Under the pieces are notes generated by a model. It searched no databases. It saw nothing but the letters and a program-made list of their open reading frames with translations, and had not been told where the DNA came from. DNA of 64,000 nucleotides from Epiperipatus broadwayi (taxonomy: Eukaryota > Animalia > Onychophora). Each line of letters begins with the position of its first letter. The first letter of the stretch is position 1. Where the stretch lies: positions 18,290,001-18,354,000 of the forward strand of contig JAQFVV010000008.1 in NCBI GenBank assembly GCA_028023455.1, written 5' to 3'. Both the position numbers and the translations under genes were made by a program. Shown here piece after piece: positions 26,814 through 38,124 of the stretch.

Positions 26814-27295
26814 AGAAGCCTTGGATCTGAGAACACTGTACCTAGATCTTATGATCTAATGCAACCCACCAGTAGCCACTTTTTATCTCTGCTTAACTAC
26901 AAAAATAGGAGAATGAAATTGAAAATACAATAATATTTTTAATCTAAGCTCAATACCTTATACAGTCACATGGTTCTGAACTCAGTTCAGCATCCATACA
27001 TTTTGGTGTCTTTGGCTCTTTAACAAGCATGGCCACCACTATCCTATTAGGCAGGATTGGTGCTAAACCACTAAACATCACATGATAACCATCTCTTATG
27101 CTAGCACATAACTGTTATTAAACAGGCAAAACTCTCCATACAGTAGTCCCACCTATTGAGCTTAGATTGAAAATATTATTGTATTTTCAATTTCATTCTC
27201 ATAGTTTTGTAGTCAAGTAGAGATAAAAGGTGGCTGCTGGAGGATTACATTAGATCCTAAGATCTAGGTGCAGTGCTCTCAGATCCAAGGCTCCT

Positions 27296-27329
27296 CACTG
27301 ACAAAGGCCACAAGCCAGAAACTAGTCTG
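27296..27329 (+). ncRNA. Hammerhead motif in the inverted arm of copy A (G8 mutated)
   Basis: Reads CA-CTGACAA-A-GGC-CACAA-GCC-A-GAAAC-TA-GTC-TG. Confidence 0.55.
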
Positions 27330-27791
27330 GGGGTATTGGATGAGTAGGCATTAGATGGGGATTTTATACATAAGCCTTCTAGCATCCATTGATTACTCTG
27401 GTTGGCACAGGGTGGCACTACTGTATGGAGAGTTTTGCCTGTTTATTAAATTAAATGCTGAATTTATATAATTGTTTTTGCTTGCAATAATTTATTACTA
27501 TATTATTTATTTTATACAATACAGTAAACCATATTGTTAAAATTAATATGAATGGCATTTCTTGTGATGAACCTAATAGATTCTGAGTTTTTTTTTACAA
27601 GCTCATTATCATTATTTATATTGTATATATAACACTTTAATAAGAAGGAGTAGTTAATTAATAAATACATTTATAATATATATTAAAATAAAAATACAGT
27701 ATACATTATTAATGCATTACAATTATGAATTAAATGTAAGATAAAATAAAAAAATCATGAGTAAACTGTATGACTATAAATTTTCTAAGTT

Positions 27792-28000
27792 ATATATAGA
27801 GCTCGCAAATAAGCTCTTAACAAGCTTTGCAGAATACTCCCAACCCCAGACTGGTTTCTGCTATTGGCTTCCTTAGTGAGGTGCTAGTGTATTCAAGCAT
27901 TAGATTGATAAGAGCTTATTTGCAAGCTCTATATATAACATTTGTAATACAAGCTTGTTAAATTAGGTCATGTGATATATGACTTGATTTCTTTGTAATG
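27792..28000 (+). mobile_element. Foldback insertion of a sister family with a degenerate hammerhead in the loop
   Basis: 31-bp arms at 27789-27819 and 27909-27939. Tail contains GGTCATGTGATATATGACT. TSD TTCTAAGTT at 27783-27791 and 28001-28009. Minus strand 27847-27878 reads CA-CTAAGGA-A-GC-CAATA-GC-A-GAAAC-CA-GTC-TG. Confidence 0.7.
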
Positions 28001-28134
28001 TTCTAAGTTGTACATTATGAAACACTTCTTTTTTCATTTATTGATTAAGTGATTGTGGCTAAAAAAAATATGACTCATGCTATAGACTTGTGTGAATAAG
28101 TTATAATTGGCTTTGAGTACAGAGCTTATATTTT

Positions 28135-28752
28135 AAAACAGGCGAACTCTCCATTCAGTATTGCCACTCAGTGAACAGCCAGTATAATCAATGGATGCCA
28201 GAAGGCTCATGCATAAAATCCCCTTCTAATGCTTACTCATCCAATATCCCCAGACTAGTTTCTGGTTTGTGATCTTCGTCAGTGAGAAGCCTCAGATCTG
28301 AGAGCACTGCACCTAAATTTTAGGATTTAATGCAAGCCCCCAACAGCCACTTTTTAATCTATACTTAACTACAAAACTATGAGTTTTAAATTGAAAACAC
28401 AATAATATTTTCAATTCAAGCTCATTAGCTTATATAGTCATATAGATCTGAACTCTGTTCAGTAGCTATACATTTTGGTATCTTTGGTTCTTTAATAACC
28501 ATAGCCACCACTATTCTATTAGGAAGGATTGGTTTTAAGCCAATAAATATCGCGTGATCACCATTTCTTATGCTTGCTTATAACTGTTATTAAGACAGGC
28601 AAAGTCTCTATTCAGTATTGCCACTCAGTGCAAGCCAGAGTAATCAATACTCTGGCTTGCACTGAGTGGCAATACTGAATGAAGAGTTTGCCTGTTTTAA
28701 TAACAGTTATATATAAGCAAGCATAAAAAATGGTGATCATGTGATGTTTATT
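28135..28752 (+). mobile_element. Hammerhead-bearing 455-bp-monomer element, copy B
   Basis: About 1.1 inverted monomers plus a sense 3' end. Hammerhead on minus at 28251-28284 (CTGACGA...GAAACTAGTC). 12-bp TSD AGCTTATATTTT at 28123-28134 and 28753-28764. Confidence 0.85.
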
Positions 28753-29699
28753 AGCTTATATTTTCTGGACATAAATACTAATGAGATAATATTTTCCCAC
28801 TCTACCTTACAATTGGATCATTTGCTGTTGACAGAATTCCTATTTCTTTACTTGATTGAACAGGTCTAGAATTCACTGGAATCTTGGTCATCTGTGTTGG
28901 AGGTAGACAAAGTGTTTCTATACTTAGCTAAGTCATTCACTATAATTTTAAATTAATAAATTCTTGTTTGTTTTACTGCTTGTAGACTGCTTTAATTGAA
29001 TCAACTTTGGTATTTCCTAGTGAGTATCACATAGTGGTTCAAATGATACAAACTTCTTCGATTGTTTATTTTTTCATAAAAGCAGAAAATAGATAGTATA
29101 AGTGTTTTATTATTTCAAAAAATTGCTTATGGTATACACTACCAGAAACAATATCACAAATTATCAAATTAAAAGAATGTGATAAGTAAGACATTGAATA
29201 GCACACCTTTATTTTCACTGTTAGACATATTTAAAATATCTAAATTTAGTACAGCCAGGGCTGACCTCCTTTATAAAGAGGCTTGAGACCCAAGAGCAAT
29301 TATTTTTCAGGGGATCTAATATAATTTCAAATTAAAGTATTTAGATTTATTTACTGATATCAGTATCAATTAAACAGTTTATAATTTACATACATAAAAA
29401 TACACATATATCTTAAACAGTTTTATATTATATTATTATATATAACAAATTATAAATATTTTTATTAAAGGTTGGATAATCATGAATTTGAAGAAGTTAA
29501 CAATTACAAATACCTTGGTCAGGTTATTAATGCACATGAAAACATAATTAATTAAATTTATTATAGAATTAAACTTAGATGAAGTGTTTTTGGTAGAAAT
29601 AACTTAATGTTAAAAGAAAAATCTGCATATCTGCTTCAAAAGGAAAATTTTTAATAGATGTTTTGCCAGTTTTTATTTATTGATCTAAGATTTGGACAT

Positions 29700-30243
29700 T
29701 TAATAAAAGAGCAATTCAGAGACTTCAAATCATTCAATGAAGTATGGAGAAGTGTGTTTTAGGAGCTACAAAAAAAAGATCATCAATGAAATACATAGAT
29801 GAGAGAACAGTTATTAAAACAGGCAAAACTTTCCATACAGTAGTGCCACTCAGTGCAAGCCAGAGTAATCAATGGATGCCACTGAGTAATCACTGGCTTG
29901 CACTGAATGGTACTAATATATGGAGAGTTTTGCTGTTTTAATAACAGTCATGTGAGCAAGCATAAGAAATGATGATCATGTGATGAGAGAACACAGACAT
30001 CAATGACAAAAGATTAAAATGGAGCTGAGTTGGACATAATTCTAAAAAAGATATTAATAGATGGACAGTTGAAGTTTTAAATTGGATCTCAAAAGATTAT
30101 AAAAGACCAAGGGAGACCACATGTGAGATAAATGGATTAACTATGGAAGTTTGCTAGAGTATTTTGAAAAAGAAAGGCTATGAACTGGAGAAGATGGATT
30201 AAACTTGGAGAGATACCTTCATTCTGCAATGGATCAAAAATGT
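29700..30243 (+). mobile_element. RTE LINE 3' fragment interrupted by copy C
   Basis: MEKCVLGAT..., KWS*VGHI-like remnant and a 3' end TTGGAGAGATACCTTCATTCTGCAATGGAT shared with 32083-35300 and 54002-54207. Confidence 0.7.
29810..29981 (+). mobile_element. 455-bp-monomer family, short hairpin copy C
   Basis: Inverted arms plus tail. 12-bp TSD GATGAGAGAACA at 29798-29809 and 29982-29993. Confidence 0.85.
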
Positions 30244-30369
30244 TTGAAAATTTTAATGAAATAATTCACTTTTAAATCATAAAAATAATTTGATAAATTA
30301 CATTTTAAAAATATGACCCTTTTACTGCTACTTTATTATGAGTGCTAACAAAAATTTTAATTTTTCATG

Positions 30370-32060
30370 GTTTTTCTCCACATTTAATATAGGTAGTGCA
30401 TTTAACTGATCTTTACAATTTTAGAGTGAATATAATTTTTAATACATTTTAATTAATTAAAGAATGTTCAACATTTAAAATTATCATCAGCCATGTGAAA
30501 AAAAAAGCATAACTCTTATTACAATTAATCAATTTAATAAAACTTCATTTCATCTTCTTCCAAAACCAGTCCTTTTAATGATATTCCTTGAATAAGATCT
30601 TTATATATATTATTTTCATAAAATGTAACAAAAACACATTTTTTCCAGCTCTTTGTTGCCTAATATTTTTATACACATAATAAATTTAAAATAATTTTAA
30701 ATACATTTTTGAATCTGTCTTCTATTTCCATATTAATAGTATCAAAATATTTTAAAAAATTGCTCCTCAATTCTTCTGCAGATTAATTTAAAAACTCAAT
30801 CTTCTGTCAATTTAAAAAATATTCTTTTTTTTTTTTGAGAAAAACCATTGAAAATATGCTTGCTGCATGTTATGTTCTTCACTTCAAATTGTAGTCTTAA
30901 ATTAAAATTTTATTTTTAATATTATTTACTAAATTAAATATTGTATTGAATATAACTATTTGCAATAATTTGTTAGTATTATTTATGTTAGATAGTACAG
31001 TAAGCTATGTGGTTAAACTTAATGTGAATAACATTATTTGTAATGAATCTAATAAATTTAGAGCTTTAGATGCAAATATAATACTATTATTTATATTAAA
31101 ATGGATTTGAACACAGACTTTCAAGCTCCCTTCCACTCCATCTTATATAATCGATACACATGATCATATTAAAACAGACAAAACTCTCCATACAGTAATG
31201 CCACTCAGTGCAAGCCAGTAAGCACTAGATAGGAATTTTATGCACAAGCCTTCTGGCATCCATTGATTTCTCTGGCTTGCACTGAGTGGCACTACTGTAT
31301 GGAGAGTTTTGCCTGTTTTAATAACAGATCATGTGATGTTTAATGGTTTAACATGATCACATACATGTGAAAAAGATTATCCAGATTAGCATCATTTCCC
31401 ACACATATATATAATTTATATTATTTATTATATAATTTGTACTGTATACATAATGCATTAATGAGACTAGTTGGTTAATTAATAATCATTTTTTATACAA
31501 TTATGTATAACTAAATTACATTTATAATATACATTAAAAATAAAAATATAATACACATCATTAGTGCATATTAATAGTAAGTAAGAAGATCAAAGATGAG
31601 CTGCATAACTATAAATGCTTTAAGTTAACATGTTAAAAATGATTTCTTATTTTACTTAGTGACTACTAAGCGATTATGATTGGACAAGATATGATTTATA
31701 CTGAATGGTTCATCATTGGCCTAAATAAAGAGCATTATATTCTTTGTGCATAAACACTAGCAAGACAATATTTTCCCATTTTGGTTTGAAATTGGGTCAT
31801 TTGCTTCTGGTGGAAGTCCCATATCTTTACTTGAATGGACAATCCTAGAGTCAGCTGGATCTGCTATCAGTGAATGATTCTGAAGTTGATATATTAAAAA
31901 AACAGCAGGAAATTTCATTTTGCTTTGGAGGTAGACATGTATTTATACACTTAGCTAAATATAAACAGCTCACTACAACTCATGTGGAGCATTAGAAATT
32001 TATTCAAATTGCTTATAGACATCTTTAATTGAATCAATTTTGATATCCCAATGAATATAA
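30370..32060 (+). repeat. Ancient collinear duplicate block, copy 2
   Basis: Aligns with 25950-29100 and contains the empty sites for copy A, copy B and the 27792 hairpin. Confidence 0.7.
31167..31350 (+). mobile_element. 455-bp-monomer family, short hairpin copy D
   Basis: Arms at 31167-31218 and 31272-31324, plus tail. 9-bp TSD ACATGATCA at 31158-31166 and 31351-31359. Confidence 0.85.
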
Positions 32061-32082
32061 TATCATTTACATATTATACTTA

Positions 32083-35000
32083 CATCATCATCATCATTAC
32101 CATCAAACACTGCAGGATAAAGATCTCTCCAAGTTCAATCCACCTTCTCCGATCTCTAGCCTCTCTTGTCCACATCATCCCTGCACACTTCCTTATTTCA
32201 TTCATCCATCTCACTTGTGGTCTCTTTCTGGGTGTTTTAAATCTCTTTGAATCCAGTTTAAAATTTCAATTGTCCATCTATTATCATCTCTTCTAGAAAT
32301 ATGTCCAGTCCAATTCCACTTCAGTCTTTTAATCCTTTCAGAAATATCATTAACACCTGTTTGTTCTCTCACCTATGTATTGTGTTTTGATCTCCTCTTG
32401 TTACTCATAATATGCATCTCTCTATATTTCTTTGATTGATCTAAAGTTTCTACATTTATCTTCTATTAAGTATCCAAGTCTCAGATTCATAAGTAAGAAC
32501 TGGTAAAACATATTTATTAAAAATCTTCCTTTTCAAATATATAGGCATATTTCCTTTTAATATTAAGTTATTTCTACCAAAGGCACTCCAACCAAGTTTA
32601 ATTTTATAATTAATTTCATCCATTATGTTTCCATCCATAGTAATAATCTGACAAGATATTTCTAGTTGTTAACTTCTTCTAACTCATCATAATCAATCTT
32701 TATTTTCATCTTTTGAGAAAATTCATCGAATATTACTTTAGTTTTTTTAACATTTACCTTTAGTCCTACTTTCTTATTTTCATCTGATAACTCTTGTAAC
32801 ATTTCTTGAAGTTCTGAAGTATTATTTGAAAAAACAATTACATCACCTGAAAAATCTACATGACTTAAATAATCTCCATTTACTTTCATTCCTTTAGTTT
32901 CTCATTTTAATCCCCAAAATACTTCTTACAGCACTGCTGTAAAAAGTTTTGGAGATATGGAGTCACCCTATCTTATACTCTTCTCAATATGAATTTTCCT
33001 AATATCATTATAATAACGTGAAAGCTAAAACCTTCAACTGATATGCTTTAAACATGCTTATGTGACAGCCAATCAAGTGTAATAATGACAGCACATGGAC
33101 CTCTCAATTCTCAAACACAAGTCAGAACTATAAGAAAAAGATGGGACCCACTTTCTTCTATGCCTCAATTTATATGTAAATAAGCTAGACTCAAGCATTT
33201 TGAACTAAGAATGTGAAACTTAAATACCTTCACATTTAATTCACTAAATATTATATATAAATAAACAATGCAAAATCTTTCGATTTACTATGAAGCAATT
33301 TTTTTAAATCTAATGAAATGATATTAATAAATGTAAATATAACAAATTTATTAAGCGCAAACAGACAACATTGTAATAACGTAAAAGCTTATGTAATCTA
33401 ATTGTTGTTGTTGCATTTTTATAAATATTTTTCAGAATACAACAATATCCTGGTTTTATAACTTGATGATACAATGCTTTAATCACTGAAGAAATGTTTT
33501 TAGAATCAAATGCCTTTTCATAATCTACAAATTTTAAGCACAATGGCAATTCATATTCCTTGATTCTTTCTAGAATTACTCTCGATACTTGCACATGATC
33601 CACTGTATTAAAACCACTTTTAAATCCAGCTGTTTCTTTTGATTGGTTGAAATCCAAAATTTGCTGTAGTTAAATTGTAATTATCTTGATAAAATTTTTG
33701 TATAAAACTGATAAAAGACTGATAGGTCTGTAATTTCTAATATCTTCTTTATCACCTTTTTAAAATATTAATATTTATACTGCATTCTTCCAATCATCTG
33801 ATACATTCTATTTGGCATATAACTTTGCCAAAACTCTTTCATATCTTCACTTGCTTCTTTTAATATATCGATTATAATTCCAACATTACTTGCACTTTTT
33901 CTTTAATTGCATGTCTCACTTCTTCATTTAAAATCCTGGGGAATTCAGAAGATATAATAGTTGTAGGAGATATTTGTTCTTTATTACTAGATAATTCTTG
34001 ATAGAATGCTTCTATCCATTTATGATGTCATTTCTCTTTTTAATAATAGTTCCATCTTTTTTTTTTATTATTGCAGATATATAAGTTTCCTACCAATACC
34101 CAAAATGTTGTTATACACTCAGCCATTCATTCTCTTTTACACAACTTTTCTTGAGAGTTTACAATTATACTTTTTTATATCATTATCAACTATTTTTCAC
34201 ACCATTTTACAAAATTCAAGATATTCAATCCTTCTTAATGCATCATTTTTATATATTTTAATATTCCTTCTTTTTTTCATAATCAGTAGAAATTTTATTG
34301 GACAGTTGCTACTATTTTTAAGAGTGTATCAGTTATTTTCCTATTAATTTCATTCAAATCTGAATCATGTTCAAAACCTGCTAATATTTGAAAACAATTT
34401 ACATGTTCTAATTTAAATTCATTAGAATGTTTTTGAAGATTAAGAATATCAACTGTGAATATTGCTTGTTTTAATAATTTTTGTCTCTCTAGTTTTGTAT
34501 TAACATGTATCTTACATCTTATTAATTGTTCATCATTTCCTGTGTTGAATTTATTAAGAGAACATTACAATCTTGAAGTATGTATTTCCTGTTAGTCAAA
34601 ATATAATCCAATTCTGCTGTACCTTCATTTGGATGCTTCCATGTCCATTTCCATTTAACCTTCTTCTCAAAAAAAAAAAAAAGAATTTATAATATAAAGT
34701 TTTTTTCTTTCTGCAAACTCCACAAATCTATGTCCTCTTTCATTTTTATTATTATAACCAAATTTACCTACAGCACTTTCATTTGTTTACCAACTCTAAC
34801 ATTAAAGTCTCCTAAAACAATTTTAAAATGTTGTTTAGTCTTATCAAAAGCCTTTTGTATATTCGTATGAAAATCTTCTACTAATTCATCACTATAAGTT
34901 GGGGCATAAACCTGAATTATCTGTGTTTGGTATGAATTTTGCCACTCTGTTTGACACACTATCAATCTCCATAATGTTCTTCCACTTTTTACTTATAATA

Positions 35001-35300
35001 AATCCTACTCCACTTGTACTTCCAATATTTGTGCCTTTGTAGTAGAGTACATGTCCATTTTTTAAATCAATTGTCTCTTCACCTTTTATTCTAACTTAAT
35101 AAAGTCCAATAATGTCTCATTTAAAATGAGACAGTTCTTTTAATTCTTGAAATCTTCCTTCATTTGAAAGCGATCTGCAGTTGTCATCATCAACTGGCAG
35201 CCTAGTTCCACAATCAAGAAATTCTTAGGACCTTCAGTTATCAACCATTCCCTTGGCTAGTGACTTTACAGTCTCCTGGGAATAAGGGCCATGATTTATT
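32083..35300 (-). mobile_element. Near full-length decayed RTE-clade LINE
   Basis: APE fragment IIQVYAPT...KIVLGDFNVRVG. RT fragments PLCLKFVDYEKAFDS, GDSISPKLF, LSHVDFSGDVIVFS and VLPVLTYESETW. (GAT)n 3' tail at about 32083-32097. Confidence 0.85.
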
Positions 35301-37462
35301 TTCATCTGTCATGATTGAAAATATCTATTAGAAAAATAAAATTTTTCATCCACACACAAAGTCATTCTGCCTTATCAGGCAACTGAAAAGAAAGACGATG
35401 GTGTTTCTTGATCTCAAATTCAAATGTAAAAAGCCAATGAACTCATCACATTGCCTAATGTGTGCTGGTACATGGATCATCCATGTTTGTATATTATATG
35501 AATAATCACATAGTAATAACAGCTACAAAGACAAGAACTTATGGAGTAAATATTAAGAATTTGCCCTGCTCATTTCCTTTAAGACCTCCAAGAGGAATCA
35601 AAGGATCTCCTTTCAGTTAACAGCAAACTCCTTTCTGCAGTCTATATTTACAAAACTTTCTCATAATTTCTCATCTTTTTATAGAAGCAAAAAATAAAGT
35701 ATATAAGTGTTGCATTATTTTAAATTTTTTTTTACAATGTATTCTAATGGAAACAATTCCAAAAATTAAAAGAAAATGATAAATAAAATACATATTAATT
35801 ATTCTAGACTTCACACCTTTCTATTTATCCTTTATTTTATTTTTGTTGTTATATGTTTAATTCAGAATATTCAAATTTAGTTCATCCCCCTCCCCCAATC
35901 TGGTTATCAAAAATATTGTTAAAATATTATCTGTTCCAAGATGGAATGGACAGCTGAAGGGAGATTGAAAGTCTAAGTACAAAATTTTTCTAATTACAAA
36001 AACTGTAAAACAACAATATTAAATATGGTTTATATATCCATAATCCTAAGTTGTAATATACATTATCAAATAAAAATATTATGTGCAAATGCAATAAAAG
36101 TTAGGAAAATATTTCATTAAAATATATAATTTTGCTGCAATCTCAACTATGTAAATATTTTTCAAAATTGTTTTTATTAGTTTTCTTATTTTTTTTTGCT
36201 TTTCTTTGCTTATTAAAAGTTATGAGCCTCAAAATCTTAGTTGAACTACTATACTCAGGGCCTAGGTACCATATATTCTTGGTAATCCCTTTGTAATTGA
36301 TCAAATCAACCATTTTGAAATAAATCTGGCCTTTTTATTTCTAGATATAATAACTAAATTTATTAATAAAAATATTACCATATTCAGCACTAAATGTGTT
36401 TTGTTTTTGTTATATATATATATGTAAAGACATTGTGCTGTTTGATTTATACTTCCTAATGGAGACTAGCTCATATGTTATCTATAAAATAAACTCCCTG
36501 AACCATGATAGAAGAATTAGTATACAGAAAAAGAAATACTAGGTTAATAATAAAAATATTGAAGAATGCTCTAGAAAACTCATAAAATAAATATTAGTAA
36601 TGATTAATAACTAAATTGTAGATTCTGATAATATAAGACCTTAAGGATCAGTTTCAAAATAATATTTTCATCAGCCATTATATGACATCCAAATAGCCAA
36701 TAAAAGGAATCACCTTTCTTGTTATGTATGTTTATTTTATTAAAATTAATCAACCTTATAGTTTAGATTGACCAACAATCTTTTTCAGAGATAGATGATA
36801 TATAACAGAAATATACAAATAGTTTACAGTAATAAGAAAAATGGACTGTTTAATTGTTTATAATTTTATCAATGCATAAAGAAGGATAAGTGATAATACT
36901 TCATAATGAAAGGAATTCATCTTAAATAGTTATTGAGTCTTATATTACCATATTTTGCAATTAAGATGATTGATTGATTGATTATTATATAACATCTAAT
37001 ATTTTATTTCATAATGAGCTTTCTAAAGTGCTGCAATATTTCAGTTATATATTATGAGTATCAATTTCTTAATATAATAATTTATAGAATGTGTTACACA
37101 ATCAGAATGATGTATGAAAATATAAAAAGTCATGTTAATAGACAAGCTGAGTACAGAGAAAACAAATTAACATGTGCAAGAATGGATATTATTTATGAAA
37201 TCTCCCAATGTAATAGCTTAGAATTTGGTTGACTATTAAAAAATATTTGTTGTATTTATATGTTGGCATTTACAGATATCATATCTGTATAAATTTTGTC
37301 ATTATTATATATGCCTTAACTTGATAAGTAGAATATTATTGTAGTGCTGAGATACATATTTCAAATAATTTATGAAATAACAAATTATAAAAATAACCAG
37401 TAAGTACATATTAGATACATATACATTTACATTTATTATTACAAATATAATTTTATACTTAC

Positions 37463-37562
37463 AAGAATGTAAACATTCTGTGACAGTAGTTGCGTCGATT
37501 AAGTAGCCTCTGCATAACAGACATACCAAGTGTGGATTTAAATCAACCAATAAAATTTTGTT
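37463..37562 (-). CDS. PCGF1: PCGF gene, first identified coding exon (100 nt, phase 0-1): [33 protein letters not shown]
   Basis: Acceptor ATTTTTAG and donor T|GTAAGT. N-terminal half of the PCGF RING (LNPHLxCxLCxGYxIDATT). It has no ATG, so an upstream exon is required. Confidence 0.92.
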
Positions 37563-38018
37563 CTAAAAATTAAATAAATATATAAAATTTTTGTCTGAAA
37601 GTTTGTGATGATAGCATTTTATTTGAAATTATGTATTGGAATATTTGCATCATCTATTTAATTGTTTCAGGGAAAAAATCAAACTTTATTTATTCTTTTC
37701 CAAACATATTCAACTGTTAGCAATAACACACATATTAATATATAATGCAATATTTCAAATTCTCATTCCTTCTTCAGATATGGCTGGCTTGATTAGTAAC
37801 AATACTATATTAGCACTGCAATCGAACAATAACCTTTAGATTCATGAATCTGAAAACTATTACTCTAACAATCAAGTAATTCTGTAAAGGCAATAGTCAA
37901 TAGAAATTTTATAACCCTATACATGAAAGTCATGTTGATTTCTACATTTTTTCTGTCACTGGTAAGACCAACAATGTCTGATGAAGAGAGAATAATACCA
38001 TTCAAAATATTATTTTTA

Positions 38019-38124
38019 GTCAAGCGTTGATGGCCTGGTGGTTAGCATAGCTGCCTTCCAAGAAGCTTGGCCTGGGTTCGCTTCCAGGTCAACACATTTA
38101 ACATATGAAAAAAAAAAAAAACCC
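38019..38124 (+). mobile_element. tRNA-Gly(TCC)-derived SINE, copy 3
   Basis: GTCAAGCGTTGATGGCCTGGTGGTTAGCATAGCTGCCTTCCAAG... plus A tail. TSD ATTATTTTTA at 38009-38018 and 38125-38134. Confidence 0.85.

Larger units (their letters stand above)
26613..27441 (-). mobile_element. Hammerhead-bearing 455-bp-monomer element, copy A
   Basis: AAACCACTAAACATCACATGA repeats at 26610 and 27065 (period 455). 27151-27441 is an inverted copy. 14-bp TSD TTTATTAAATTAAA at 26599-26612 and 27442-27455. Confidence 0.85.
25950..29100 (+). repeat. Ancient collinear duplicate block, copy 1
   Basis: After removing the three insertions it aligns in order with 30370-32060 (about 70% by eye). Boundaries approximate. 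Confidence 0.7.
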
